Positions 1 through 12,769 of a DNA stretch of 64,000 nucleotides are shown piece after piece. The number at the start of each line of letters is the position of its first letter. Within the stretch, counting starts at the first letter, position 1. Source of the DNA: Chiloscyllium plagiosum (taxonomy: Eukaryota); contig NC_057755.1 in the NCBI RefSeq assembly GCF_004010195.1, forward strand, positions 11,125,928-11,189,927, written 5' to 3'. The notes under the pieces were generated by a model that saw only the letters and a list, made by a program, of their open reading frames with translations, made no database searches and had not been told where the DNA came from. Both the position numbers and the translations under genes were made by a program.

Positions 1-650
1 ACCGCCCAAATCCCCGCTTCAAGCCCCGCCCCAAATCACCCCAGCCAGCCGTGCCCGAGCACCCCGCCCACTTCAGGCCCCGCCTATCGCTCCGCCTCAC
101 AGAAAACGTCACGCCTTACCACTCAGGCCCTGCCCCCGGCCGCGCCCCCCCCGAGGCCCCGCGCGAGACGGCGGTTAACGGTCGCCGCACGTGCCGGCGA
201 GTGACGGTTAGCAGCTGCTTCAGCGAGAACAGCCAAAAGCATGGGCCGGCACCGGGCGCCGCCAGTAATAACCACAGCAAAATAACCACGAGAAACGCAC
301 GGCTTTGCATTGAGCAAGCGGGCATGGTTAGTAACGTTTGCGGACGGCGGGGTTCTCTCAGACGGTCTCGGTCAAGTGGGCCAGTGGGCCGGGAGAAGGG
401 CAGGTGGTTTCGATCTGGATAAACGCCGGGTACTGCATTTTGGGGTGAAACGGGCAGTCGGCCGAGACCGTGACAAGAGCCCGGAGCAGAAATTGGGCCG
501 TTCGGCCCATCGGGTCCGCTCCCGCCGCCGCTCGATCGCGGCCAGTGGGTTTCTCCAAACGGCCATTCTCCCGCTTTCTGCCCCGTTAGCCTGGATTCCC
601 TTCCGACGGTACCACCTCGGGTGCTGTTGTTTGCACCTTTGGGTGCAGGC
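1..650. promoter_or_regulatory. CpG island with clustered GC boxes; probable promoter of a gene lying mostly outside the window
   Basis: Very GC- and CpG-rich compared with the rest of the window. CCGCCC/CCCCGCC boxes at ~2, 24, 62 and 78; CRE-like ACGTCA at 106-111. No recognisable coding exon inside. Confidence 0.65.
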
Positions 651-653
651 GCG

Positions 654-1030
654 TAGAGATGTTACAGCGCGGAAACAGACCCTTCGGCCCAACCCGTCCA
701 TGCTGTCCCAGATATCCCAACCCAATCCAGTCCCACCCGCCAGCACCCGGCCCATATCCCTCCAAACCCTACCTATTCATATACCCATCCAAATGCCTCT
801 TAAACGTTGTAATTGTACCAGCCTCCACCACATCCTCTGGCAGCTCATTCCATACACGTACCACCCTCTGCGTGAAAAAGTTGCCCCTTAGGTCTCTTTT
901 ATATCTTTCCCCTCTCGCCCTAAACCCATGCCCCTCTAGTTCTGGACTCCCCCACCCCAGGCAAAAGGCTTTGTCTATTTACCCTATCCATGCCCTTCAA
1001 GATTTTATAAACCTCTATAAGGTCACCCCT
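654..1030 (-). mobile_element. CR1/HER1 LINE 3' tail fragment
   Basis: Reverse complement of the CR1 end (RGNFFTQRVV-type coding end and the gttgggccgaagggtctgtttcc 3'UTR). The same tail recurs at 8105, 28340 and 35500-35800. Confidence 0.85.
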
Positions 1031-4000
1031 GAAGAACTCCAGTCAGCCCGTCCAGCCCCGGGGACTTGGCCCTCGAGAGCTGGTCGAGGGTGCCGGTCAG
1101 CTCCTCTAAGGAGACGGGAGCGTCGAGCCTTCCGGCGTCCTCCAGGCCGAGCTGCGGCAGGTCCTCCCACAGATCTCTGCGAGCATCCTCGCTGGACGGA
1201 TCCGGAGAGAACAGAGCTGTGTAATAGTTCCGGACGTGGACCCTGATACCCTCCTGATCCGAGACAAGGGACCCATCGTCGGCCAGCAGCACAAGGAGCT
1301 GCTGACGGGTGCCACGCCTTTTTCCAGCGAGTACAAGAAGGGGGTGCCGCGGTCCAGGTCCAGGTCCCGACAAGCTGCAGGTCCCAGAGCGTGGCCTTCT
1401 TCTCTTCGTACACCCCGCGCAGGGCCGGGTCCGCGTCGGGCTGACCGAGGCGTGACTCCAGGTCGAGCATCTCCCTCTCCAACTCCCCGATCCTGGATTT
1501 CCGCCTCTTCGTCGACCCCCTCGCGTACTTCTGACAGAAGACACGGACGTGCGCCTTGCCCACATCCCACCATAGCCTCAGGGAGGGGAAGCTTCCCCGC
1601 TTCCTTCTCCAGCCAGCCCAGAAACGACGAAACGAGTCCCGGAACCGCTCATCCTCCAGCAGCAGGTTGTTAAAGTGCCAGTACGCGGAGCCGAGCCTGG
1701 CGCCGAACAGAAGGAGTTCCGCCCACACCAGGTGATGGTCCGTGCACGACACCTGTCACGTGGAGACCGTCGGAAAACAGGATGCGTACACGAAACGTAC
1801 AGGCGTTCAATTCTGGACACTCCGACCCCAGGCCTCACGAAGGTGAAGACGATGGAGTCGGGATGGAGATTCCGCTAGACGTCCACCAGGTCGAAGGACT
1901 TGGCCAAGTCCCCCAACCTCCTCCCTGACCCCCAACCGGTGCAGGCACCGCCGTGGTCCCGGTCCTCGAGGATGCAGTTAAAATCTCCCCCGAGGACGAC
2001 GCACTGGTTCTCGTCGATGGAGGCGAAAAGAGCGGACACTTCTCTGAAGAAGCTCGCTTGCCTCGGCCCGGCCAGGGGAGTGTAGACGGTCACCAAGTGA
2101 AGCACCACGCCCCCATTCGAACCATCAGGTGAAGCCAACGGCCTGGCACGGGTTCCCTGACCCCCCAAGGTCTCCGGCTGAAAATGTGGGGCCAACAAGA
2201 TAGCCACCCCGCCAGATCTGCGGGTGACTCATTTAGACCCCCCCCCCTGGCCATTCCAGGACCCAGGTGGCTTCGTTTCTCGGGGTAGTGTGGGTTTCTT
2301 GCAGGAAGCCCTCCCGTCCCGAAGGACCGAGAGGGTCTGGAATCTGCGCTGTGACTCCCTGCTGTCGTTGATGTTGAGGCTGGCTATAGTTGTCTCCAAG
2401 TCGTAAGCATCGTGCAACCACCACCAGTACAGTTAAAAACCCATATATACACATACATTTACTGGGAGGACGAGGGAGGGGCACAGGAGTCCCTCACCCT
2501 CACCAGGAACGTCCCCAGGAAGTTCCTGACTCGCTTTCGGTGGTTTACGTTGAGTCCAGGCACCTGGCGAGCAGCGTGGGCCGACCAGTAAACTCGCTCG
2601 AATGAGCTCCAGCGGTCGAGCGCCAGTTGGGCTCTATCCCAGCGACTCCAAGTTTCCTCGACAAACTCCCAGAGTTCGAGGGGAATAACGGGGAGATCAG
2701 TGGGGGGCAATTAGAACTCAAAAATGTCGCTGCAGACAGACTCCACGTCGTTCCCGGTGTCCGCCACCGATCCCGAACCCTCCTCTGGGAGGTCGCCCTC
2801 GGTCACCGACCCCTCCCCCACCGAGAGAATAGGGGCTGGTTCAGCACCGCTAACTGGCCTCAAATCCCCAGTAACCCCACCCCCAGGGTCATCGGCAGTA
2901 CCTTCCTCGGCGCACCACTTCCTGGATTGCCCTGCGTTCGGGTCGTCGGGCAGCAGAGACTCAGGGCCCTGCTCCTCTCCCGACACCGGGATGCCCAGCT
3001 TCTTGGGGAAAAGGTCCTCCCCCAGGGCCAAGGTCCCTGGAAAAACAGTCTGGGAGGGAGGAGCGAGGATAACACCTTCCTCCCCTCCACCGCTCGATGA
3101 CCCAGCAGAGGGTTCTCCGTTGTCACTGTACCACAGTCCATGTGGTTATTAAAGTCCTCCCTAGGGGCCGGAGGAGTTGAGGCAGCAGGAGGCCCTGCTG
3201 TAGCCCTTGGGGGTTTGGGTAGGTCAGGCCATGGTGCAGGACAGTCAAGGGGCACCATAGGCTCATCCCCCTGGAGAGGGGCAGCACCACCGGCGCGCTG
3301 CTGGAGTATCTCTCTTTTCCAAGGGCTGGTACCTCTTCCCCAGCGAGACAGGGGGGAATTTATGGGCCTTCCCCTCCCCGCCCGCCTTGGTGGTCATGGG
3401 GCCCGAGGTCCTTCCCCCCCCCCCCCCCCCAACCTTTCCCGGAATACGATTGGCTGGGGAAAGATGGGGCGTGGCCAGGGTGGGGAGGGTCAGTCATGTC
3501 ACTTCCTGCACCGCCCCTGGTTTATCAGTTGATCGTGGTCGTGGTCTAGTTCCCTCTCTGGGGCTGAGAGACATGATAGTCCTCCCCCCCAAGGTTAGTG
3601 CCGGGCCAGGGTGGGGCTCAGGCGCTCCCGGGCCAGGTGTTGTAGTGCCAGGGGCAGGCCGGGGTGGGGCTCAGGTGCTCCCGGGCCAGGTGTTGTAGTG
3701 CCAGGGGCAGGCGTTGAAGCCCCAGGGGTTTCTGTATTGGGGTCGGGGTTGGGTGTGGGGCCAGGATCAGGTACGGGTTTGGGGGTAAAGGTTCCTGCGC
3801 CGGGGTGACGCTGGCACGGCCGCAGGTGCATTGTCGTGCTGGGGCGGGGCAGGTCGTGGGCTAGGTGTAGGGGAAGGGGATGGGGTGGTCTCCCCGTGGG
3901 CGGGCCTGATGTGTTGGGCCTTCCTGGGCACCTTCCGTCTGGCCGGACGCTCATCCCCCTCCTTGCCAGAGGCTGAAGTATTGGAAGCCTCCGGCTTAGC

Positions 4001-5535
4001 CCCCGGTGCAGCCGCTTGTGGTATTGACTTTGGGGGAGGGGGAGTGGGTGCGGCGGCACCACCCTCAGCCGTTGGTGTGGGCTGGGCAGCCTTCTGGGTG
4101 GGGCAGTTTTTTCTAATGTGCCCCACCTCGCGGCACAGGTGGCACCGCACGTCGTCCAGAAGAAGCGGTAGGCTGCGCCCTCATGGAGGAGGGTGAAAGA
4201 GCCCTCGGTGACTTCCTCCCGGGTCCGGCAAATGAACACCTGGCGTCGGAAGGAGTATATGTGTCAGAGGGCGGCGTCCTTAAGACCGAGCAGGAGCGGT
4301 TGGACACCCGACCGGATCTCCCCCAAGGTGGTGAGGTGGGGGAGAAGGAGCTCACTGGCAATGAAGGGTGGGACATTGGAGATCACGACCTTCTGGGCCG
4401 TAATCTTCAGAGGGTTGACGGGCAGATGTGTCCCGCCCACAGTGAGCCCCCTCTCCACGCCAGGTGGACCGCCTGCTCGGTCTTTAGGAAAAACACGGCC
4501 TTCCCGTACATCCTGGCTGCAGCGATGATGGCCAGTGGGCCGACCACACACTAGCCATGGCCTTACTGCAGGCTTCGATGGTCATGTTGGGATGGGGATA
4601 GGACTTTACCCCCAGGCGTTTGGTCATATGCCTAAAGGGAGTTGTGGTTCCAGCCAGGGTTGGAGCATCCGAGCCTAAGGCAGCGGCTACCCCGGCGTAG
4701 TTGCGGCTGCGCCCTGCGACCTTCGGGCTCGCCATGCTTTGCTGTCTTCCACGGGCTTGACAAGAGTCCAGTCGGGTCCCCAGGCAGCAGCAGCGGTGGA
4801 GGCAGGCCTCAGGCAAGTTCCAGGCAGCACCAGAGTGAGTCCCAGGTAGGCCCTTGGTCACATCGGTGGGGGCGGGTCTCCCCCAGACAAGTTTAGTCCT
4901 GGGTAGCAGCAGTGGAGGTGGGCCTCAGGTTGCAGCAGTGGTGGAGGTTGTGGGGAGGGCCCCAAGGTGAGTCCCAGGCAGCGGTGGTGGAGGCAGGCCT
5001 CAGGAAAGTCCTAGGCAGGACCTTGGTCGCAGCGGTGGGGGCAGACCTGTTGGGGAGGGTCCCTGAGGCAATACCCAGGCAGCCCCAAAATTGAGTCCCA
5101 GGCAGCAGCAGTGGAGGTGAGCCTCTAACAACAGCGGCAGTGGTGGAGGTCCTGGGAGGGGCCCAAGGCGAGAGTCCCAGGCAGCAGCAGTGAGGCAGGC
5201 CCCAAGCACTAACAGCTGAGGCAGGTCCGGGCGGGGTCCCAGAGACCAGCAGTGGGAGTGGGCCCCAGGTCAGCAGCAACACTCCCTTGACCTGGGTGAG
5301 GCCCAGGCTGCAGCTCCAAAATTAGGCCCAAGACTCCAAGCTCGCACCTCCTTCTGCTTCTGCGTCTTCTTCGTCGTCGTCTTCTTCTTCCCTTCAGCTC
5401 TCTGGATGTGGGGCAGCTGGTCCAGGGACAGTCCCCTTCCTCTCAGACCCCTTCAAGAAGGAGAGTCCTTACACGTGCACACAGACACTCACTGATCCAG
5501 CTCTCAAAACGAAAACACCCAAGTGGCCAGTGACA
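1023..5535 (-). mobile_element. L1-Tx1 clade non-LTR retrotransposon, frameshifted and 3'-truncated (5'UTR, ORF1, ORF2 endonuclease up to the start of RT)
   Basis: ORF1 pieces start MASPKVAGR near 4736 and include KVVISNVPPFI and the CCHC knuckle CHLCREVGHIRKNC (~4150-4100), then a Pro-rich tail. ORF2 APE motifs: TIASLNIN (~2390), FLQETH, VLGGDFNC, YWHFNNLLL, WWDVGK and KSPGLDGL (~1065). Confidence 0.9.
3601..3711. repeat. ~51-bp tandem duplication inside Tx1 ORF1
   Basis: ggggtggggctcagg(c/t)gctcccgggccaggtgttgtagtgccaggggcagg occurs twice. Confidence 0.85.
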
Positions 5536-5762
5536 CTCCTAACGACCCCCTCCGCGGCCCGCTGCCTGGACCTGTTGATGGCCAGTTTGGCCAGGCCCAG
5601 GAGCAGACCCACGAGGAGGTCTTCAGACCTGCCCTCCTTCCTCCGCACCGGGTGCCCAAAGATCAGGAGCGTGGGACTGAAGTGCAACCAAAAGCAGAGG
5701 AGGTTTTTAAGAAAATCAAAAAGGGAGTGCAAACGCCCACACCCAATATACACGTGGTCCAT
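5535..5762 (-). mobile_element. Tx1-type ORF2 C-terminal fragment
   Basis: DHVYIGCGRLHSLF..LLCFWLHFSPTLLIFG..LLLGLAKLAINRSR resembles the region after the C-terminal zinc finger of Tx1 ORF2. Confidence 0.7.
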
Positions 5763-6084
5763 TTCCCCAAATCACTGGCTGTAACATTCTGATAGTGTAC
5801 TCCCCACATGGGAGTACCTTCTGCTTGATTGCTGATAAGAGTAGGGGAACTCCAGGACAATCCCCACATTTATAGGCAGTAACTCTTTGGAGACTTGATT
5901 CCAGATTGACATGGAGATCTTCGGTTTTGTGGCTGTGTAATCTCCATCCATGATAATGATCAGTGTGAGGGAATATATGAAAAGATGTCACTTCTTTTCT
6001 CTCAGGACAGTGTTACACAGTTGCCATATTGTGTGTTTCAACCCACTCTCTCTCTCTGAACTACGTAGTCAGACTAAACAAAAT

Positions 6085-6720
6085 TATTCCCTCTGACAGT
6101 GCAGCACTTCCTCAGTTCCGAACCGCATATAGTGAATTGCTTCCTTAGTATTGAGCCTCTTACAGTGTGGCATTCCCTTAGTATTGACCCTTCAAAAGTG
6201 TGGTGATCCCTCAGTACTAACCCTCCCACAACGTGGCACTCTCTCAGTACTGACCCTCCGACAGCCTGGCACTGTCTCAGTACTGACTGTCCGACAGCCT
6301 GGCATTCCCTCAGTACTGACCCTCCGACAGCATGGCACTGTCTCAGTACTGACTGTCCGACAACCCGGCATTCCCTCAGTACTGACCCTCCGACAGCATG
6401 GCACTGTCTCAGTACTGACTGTCCGACCGCCTGGCATTCCCTCAGTACTGACCCTTCGACAGCGTGGCACTGTCTCAGTACTGACCCTCTGACAGTGCAG
6501 CACTCCCTCAGTACTGACCCTCTGACAGTGCAACACTCCCTCAGGATGACTTTGTGATAGTGCAGCACTCCCTCAGTAGTGACCTCTGACAGTGTAGCAC
6601 TCCCTCAGGATGGACTTGATAGTACAGCTCTGTCTCAGTTCTGACACTGATAGTGTGGCACTCTCTGTGTGGACCTGGTGACAGTGTAACACTTCCTCAG
6701 TACTGACTGTCCTTCTGAGG
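6085..6720 (-). repeat. 33-bp minisatellite (cagtactgaccctctgacagtgcagcactccct)n
   Basis: Visible tandem units. They generate the 11-aa periodic ORFs in the track. Confidence 0.95.
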
Positions 6721-6759
6721 TCCACAACAGTGTCGATGCCAATTTGATTTATTGTGTTT

Positions 6760-7087
6760 TTAGTCAAGAAATTGATGAAGTCATGAGATAGTGCTGAGGC
6801 TCTGGGCCCTGACAGCATTCTGGCAGTGACGCTGAAGACATGTGCTTAAAACCTCGCTTAGCCCTGGAACCATTGTTCTATGACAACAACAAACCTGGCA
6901 TTTATCAAGCAATGAGCAACTTTTCAGAGATGTATCTTTACACACTGAAGACCAATCTGTCTACTTTCTCAGCAGCTTGGTGTTGGAAATTGCCATTGAC
7001 AAGTAACACTTGTGAATGAATTATCAACTTCCTGACATTCATTCTACAGTCTGCCAGGTCCATTCATATCCTTTCTTCTTAGAACAT
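6760..7087 (+). mobile_element. Old non-LTR (CR1/L2-group) RT remnant, continued at 11388-11515 after the LTR insertion
   Basis: ggccctgacagcatt (GPD motif), then ...agaacat|gggcaaaa...cttgacatcaatgcagcttttgac (LDI.AAFD motif). The same family occurs at 36210-37325. Confidence 0.55.
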
Positions 7088-7655
7088 TGTTATGGACTAG
7101 GCCAGACCACTCAAAACATTCTTAAGCAGGCAGCCCAGACCATAATTTTTTTCATTTAGTGTACAGCGAAAATGACCTGGGATAAGATAGCTAGGCTGGC
7201 TACTATTTGTTAAAACAGACAAAAAACGTATTCACAAAGTTACACAGTGAAAGACAACAGAATAAAGAACCCCTACAGAACTCAACCTGTCCAACTAGAC
7301 TTAATTATGCTGTTCTGAATATACACAGCAGTCCCAATAAGCAAACTCCCTTTCAAAACCAGTATAATTGGAACACATGCTTACAGGTTGAAGTTGAAGG
7401 GTAGAAAAGAGAGAGTTTCCACACAGTTCCCTGTTGAACTTCCTAGTTCAAGATTGAATTAAAAACTGCTCGGCTCAGCTAGCTAAAGAACTGACCACTC
7501 ACCTTTCATTACACAAGTCACTTCAAAAGCATGATCATTATGGCCTGATGTCTCATCTGTTTACATATAAACAAAAGGCCTCTCAAAATCCTATTCATCT
7601 CTGTACCAGACCAGACTGATCGGAGTTTCATTATATGCTGTGATACTTTTAAATG

Positions 7656-7880
7656 CTGGGGTCTATATTTGAGTGGGGCTGGAAAAGCACAGCAGGTCAC
7701 GCAGCATCCGATGAGCAGGAAAATCGACATTTCAGGCAAAAGCCCTTCATCAGGAATGAAGGGCTTTTGCCTGAAATGTCGATTTTCCTGCTCCTCGGAT
7801 GCTGCGTGACCTGCTGTGCTTTTCCAGCACCACTCGAGTCTAGACTCTGGTTTCCAGCATCTGCAGTCCTTGTTTTTACC
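7656..7880. mobile_element. PLE pseudo-LTR-derived inverted (hairpin) insertion with a hammerhead-like core
   Basis: Arms ~7671-7753 and ~7756-7836 are reverse complements; 12-bp TSD tacttttaaatg at 7644-7655 and 7881-7892; minus strand reads CTGATGAAGGGCTTTTGCCTGAAATGTC. Confidence 0.8.
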
Positions 7881-8104
7881 TACTTTTAAATGTTGTCTAA
7901 CCAACTCTCCAGCTCTATTTAATTGTTCTCTAAAATTTGACACATAGTCCAAATGGGTGATCTGACTTATTAATTTCTCCTTAATCAATTTTAACGGTCC
8001 ACTTACTTCATGCCCAAAAATTAATTCAAATGGACTGAATTTGGTTGATCAATTTGGTGCATCTCTGATTGCAGAAAGTACAAACGGACTTCCCTTATGT
8101 CAAT

Positions 8105-8365
8105 CAGAGAATCAAAGAGTCATAGCTATGCACAGCACAGAAACAGAACTTTTGGTCCAACCCGTCCATGTCGACCCAGATATCCCAACCCAATCTAGTC
8201 CCATCTACTAGCATCCGGCCCATCTCCCTCCAAACTCTTCCTAGTCATATACCCATCCAGACGCCTTTTAAATGTTGCAATTGTACCAGCCTCCACCACT
8301 TCCTCTGGCAGCTCATTCCATACACGTACCACCCTCTGAGTGAAAAAGTTGCCCCTTAGGTCTCT
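8105..8365 (-). mobile_element. CR1/HER1 3' tail inserted in the integrase
   Basis: Same tail as 654-1030. Confidence 0.85.
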
Positions 8366-11300
8366 TGATCCTTGATCTGACTGGATCTGTACTTGTAGTC
8401 TGTATTTAGTAAAACATTAAGTAATTTTTCTACAACCGTTTTAGCTGTGATGTTGCGTAATTAGGCTTTCCTCTGGAAATCTAGTCGACGCATCCATTAT
8501 TGTTAATAAATACTTATTCCCACTTTTTATTTAAGGTGGAGGATCTACATAATCAATGAAGACTCTTGTGAAAGATTCCTCAAATGTTGGAAAAGGTATT
8601 AAAGGTGCAGGTTTTATTACTGCCTGTAGTTTTCTGATCAGCTGACATGTATGATGCATCTGGCAAAATTCAACCACATCTTTGTGTAGTCCAGCCCAGT
8701 AAAACTGTCTTTGTATTTTAGCCTGTGTTTTCCTCACCCCTAAATGACCCTCCAGATGGTAGCTCATGTACCATTCGCAGCATCTCCTTTTTGTATCCTA
8801 TTGGCAAAAGAATTTGATGAATGTTTGCCCATTTTTCATCTACTTGAATGTGTGATGGACTCCATTTTCTCATTAAGACAGCATTTGTTGAGTAATAACA
8901 CACAGAAATGTATTCACTTTCTTTGTAAATGCCTTTTGATATAACTGAACTCCTCATTTTTCTGCTGTAATTCAATCATCTTAGCAGAGCTAAAAGTACT
9001 TGCATATTTACCCATTTTCTCCTTCTCTGTTCCACTTATCTGATCAAAGAAAGTTTTGGATAACACTATGTCAGCTTCCTTATCTGTGCCTTTTGATCTC
9101 TCCTGCTTCAACTTGTGCCTCTGTGATCTTGTGATCACAATCAGGAAAAATTCCTGCATTAACATTCTCCATGTCTTCGGTTGCCTGCGTCTCCATTGGC
9201 CTACCAGTGGCCTCAGTTGGCAATATGCCTACCAGTGAATCAGCTGCACGGACAAATTGTATTCCTGGAGCTGAGAGTTTGTCCAGTACTCCAAACAGAA
9301 ATCCCCTACTTTTCTCTGGACTCTCTAGCCTCACTTTACATAACTGAGCACTTTTTGTCTCACCATGAATCCCAGTTACTGGTACGTTTTCTGGCAATAG
9401 TCCCTCAGGAGTAAACGTCTCCCCATCCTTCAGCATTACAGACTGAGAAGATCCTGTGTCCCTTAATATTGTAACCTCCTTACCCTTACCTATTACACCT
9501 GGCTTATGTGAATAAACTTCACCCATGCATATATATATTTTAAGCAGATCTGGCACTTCCTCCTTAACCAACCTCTGATCATATTGTACACTCGGAGGGA
9601 GTTGTCTAACTTCCCTTGTGCTTCCTGTTACTGTCCAACAAAACCTCCAGGCTTGTCGGGATTTTCTACATCTGACTTTCTCCTAGCCCATCAATACTGT
9701 GCTTTTGTGTGGCCCACTTTATTACAATAAAAAGACCAGAGCCTTTTAACTTCTTTGTCCCCCCTCAAGGGTTTTTATTACCCTGTGGTAAGTTATCCTT
9801 ATTCTCTTCATTGAAATCTACCTTTCCCTTTCTATGTGAGGATTTCTCTTTGCCCCAATTTCTATCCCTCATGGAAGCCAAACTGAGTTTTATGGACCAG
9901 CTCATAATCATCAGCCACTTCAGCTGCTACCCTTGCTGTTTTAACTCTCTGCTCTTTGACATGAGTTTGCACTACTTCAGGCAATGAATTTTTGAATTCC
10001 TTCAAAATAATTACCTCTCTAAGGGCATAGGGATGTGATTCCCTCACTAGCCATAAGTACAAGTTTTGTTTGGATCAACAAACCCACATTGCCACTGGCC
10101 ACTGCATCGGTTAGTCACCTTTCTGAATGAGATGAAAAAGGCTTCCACATCCTTACCATAAAATTGACCATATTTAAACAGTTTCTCACTCGGCTTCTGA
10201 CTACCAGGGACATTCTCATCCTCACTCTCTTCCTCACTAAACCTACCCTCAGCCTTTATCTCCAGCCTTTTAAGCTGACTTCCCTTTAAGTGTCAGGTTT
10301 TGAACTTCAAAGCTCTCTCTCTTTTCTCTCTTCTGCGCTCTTTTTCTCTCTCCTGCTTTTAATCGCAACTCAAACTGTTTCATTTATGCTGTCCTTTCCT
10401 TATCTCTTGCCTCTAACTCAAGCTACTTCATTTGCAATTGAATTCTTGCCATCACTTTAGATTCTGATGGTTTCTCCAGCAAGTTTAAATGCTGAGCTAC
10501 TGCTGTAATTATCCCTCCTTTCCTCATAGAAGCAGACAGTTCCAATTCCATCTTCTCTGCTAATTCTTGCAACTTGGTCTTCACTTTTTGCAAACCTTCC
10601 AAATTCACTGCATCTTCATCTAGAAAAGTTTGTGACTGAAAAAGACATTACCAACCCAAGCTTTGTCTACCCAATGAATTCAACACCCGAAATAGAGATT
10701 AGCACCTACCACCCGCTGTTGGAAGTCCTGGACGAGCCTCCAATCTGTTATCGACTAGGCCAGATCACTCAAAACATTCTTAAAAGGCAGCCTCAGAACA
10801 TAACTTTGCAATTTGTTTTGTTAAGTATACAGTAAAAATTACCCAGAGTAAGATAGCTAGGCTACTAGATTTTAAAACAGACAAAAAAATGTATTCATAA
10901 AGTTACGCAATGCAACACAATGAACAGAATAACGAACCCCTACAGAACTCAACCTATCCAACTAGACTTAATTATGCTGTTCCAAATATACACAACAGCT
11001 CCAATAAGCAAACTCCCTTTAGAAACCAGTATAAATGCACATGCTTACAGGTTGAATTTGAAGGGTAGAAAAGAGAGAGAGTTTCCACACAGCTCCCTGT
11101 TAAACTTCTGAGTTCAGGACTCCACTAAAAAACTGCTCAGCTCAGCTAGCTAAAGAGCTGACCACTCCCCTTTCATTATATAGGTCAATTCTAAAGCATG
11201 ATTACTGTGGCTTGAAATTTCATCTGTTTACATATAAAGAAAAGCCTCTCAAATTCCTTTTCATCTCTGTACTAAACCAGACTGATCACAGTCTAGCCCA

Positions 11301-12769
11301 GTTTATTACCCCTCTGATGAAAATGAAGGGCAGAGTATCCTTGAGCCAAAGAACAGCTCTTAGAAAAAAGGGACTAGCTTTATGACAACATGGGCAAAAT
11401 AAAACTGAACTTCATGACAAGTGAGGGTCATTATTCTTGACATCAATGCAGCTTTTGACTGAATCTAGAAAAAGGAACTGGAGCCCGTGGAAATGCTGCC
11501 TGTCCAAAACTGAAGTTATGATCCCACCTGATTAAGTCCGATCCAGGACTGAAATCTGGAGTGATAGATCAGTTTTATACTTGTTTACCATGTTGGTTCA
11601 TCACTGAACATAGTCACATGTGTCTGCCATTGTTCTTTGTCAGAAATACACAGGTTTATCACACAAAAGGGAAAAAGAAGCATATTGACATATCATCGAC
11701 AGATTAGAGTGTTTACCGGTTTTGTGTGAGACCATGAGTTTGGGTTCATGTCAGACAGGTCAAGGAGGATCCAAAGTGAACAGCTATCTTTCATCTTGGA
11801 TTCTTTATACGACTGTTTATTATATATTCAGATAAAATACAACAATATCAAATAGTCATCCATATACACAATGGGAACCTTATTGTTAATTTATTTAAAG
11901 ACTACTTTGTCTTCTTTGTTCATAATTGTGTGCTTGTGAGATTGCCAAAAATATGTGATATCCTAACTCTGCCTCTACTCTGTTATTGATACCCAGAGAG
12001 GTAGAGCTCTGTGACATCGAGACAGGATTGTTCCAGAGTCTTAAAGCCTTTACGCAAGAATGATTTTAACAGGAAAACAAGATTTCACATTTTTCCCAGG
12101 AATATCCTTTGCAGATATTCGTTCCCAATGAAATGTAACTCCTGTCTTAACTTTAATTTTTAACTTAACTGACTGTTTCAGTTATGGCTTTGAGACATTT
12201 TTTCAGGAGAGATCACCCAAACCTCTTTTCCGTGCTGACATTTGAGAAAAGTCGACACACACTCAGTGTAGATACTTTGCAAATGCTTCTCCTGAACTGG
12301 AGTTTTTACAGCAAATGAACAGAATTTCCTTCCGCTGGGCTGACCAAATCTTTCTGCACTGAAAACATGGTGGTTCTGAATTTTATTTAACCTATTAGTA
12401 GTCCCTGGTCTTTTTTCTGTATATGTCATAAAAGTTTAACAGTTACTCCATCGGTTATCACCATACATATCGAACTAGATACTCAACGAAAGTCCACAGG
12501 CCATCTTGGAAGTGATACCTTTAGTTCACTATTCCAGATGGCTTTCTGACCATTTTAAAAAAAACTTCCATAGAACTGAATCCATACCTCTATTTTATCT
12601 CTACTTCAAAATCTAATTTACAAATCCTAATCTGTCAGACACCACCTTTCCTGTGTTCAGATAGAAGCTGGTATCCCTCAGGGCACTCAGCAATTGTTTT
12701 TCATATCCATCTGACCTCACTTCTAAAATTGAAAGAATCAACGGCTACAAATAAATGCATCAGGATGCT

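Larger units (their letters stand above)
7088..11387 (-). mobile_element. Gmr1-like Gypsy LTR retrotransposon (SCAN-gag, protease, integrase; RT/RNaseH deleted)
   Basis: 5' LTR 11387-10746 (TGTCA...TAACA); truncated 3' LTR ~7625-7088; 4-bp TSD ACAT at 7084-7087 and 11388-11391. PBS TGGAGGCTCGTCCAGGAC resembles the tRNA-Pro PBS. Gag LREVIILKEFKNSLPEVVQTHV; protease ILRDTGSSQS; integrase zinc domain GHLGVRKT...CHTCQ-like directly after the protease. Confidence 0.9.

Noticed and set aside
51..1246. Multiple ORFs in the CpG island and CR1 tail
   Set aside because: Stop-poor GC-rich sequence and antisense repeat translation; no recognisable protein.
5716..5991. 91-aa ORF in unique-looking sequence
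   Set aside because: No ATG start, no convincing splice signals and no recognisable motif.
6074..6568. Long Cys-rich periodic ORFs (also 14894-15395 and 17115-17488)
   Set aside because: By-products of a 33-bp (11-codon) minisatellite that is open in several frames on both strands.
9862..10608. Host SCAN-domain zinc-finger gene
   Set aside because: It sits between a PBS/LTR and protease-integrase and is frameshifted, so it is retrotransposon gag.
11700..12650. AT-rich unique-looking region downstream of the cystatin
   Set aside because: No supportable exon, ORF homology or repeat boundaries found by eye.
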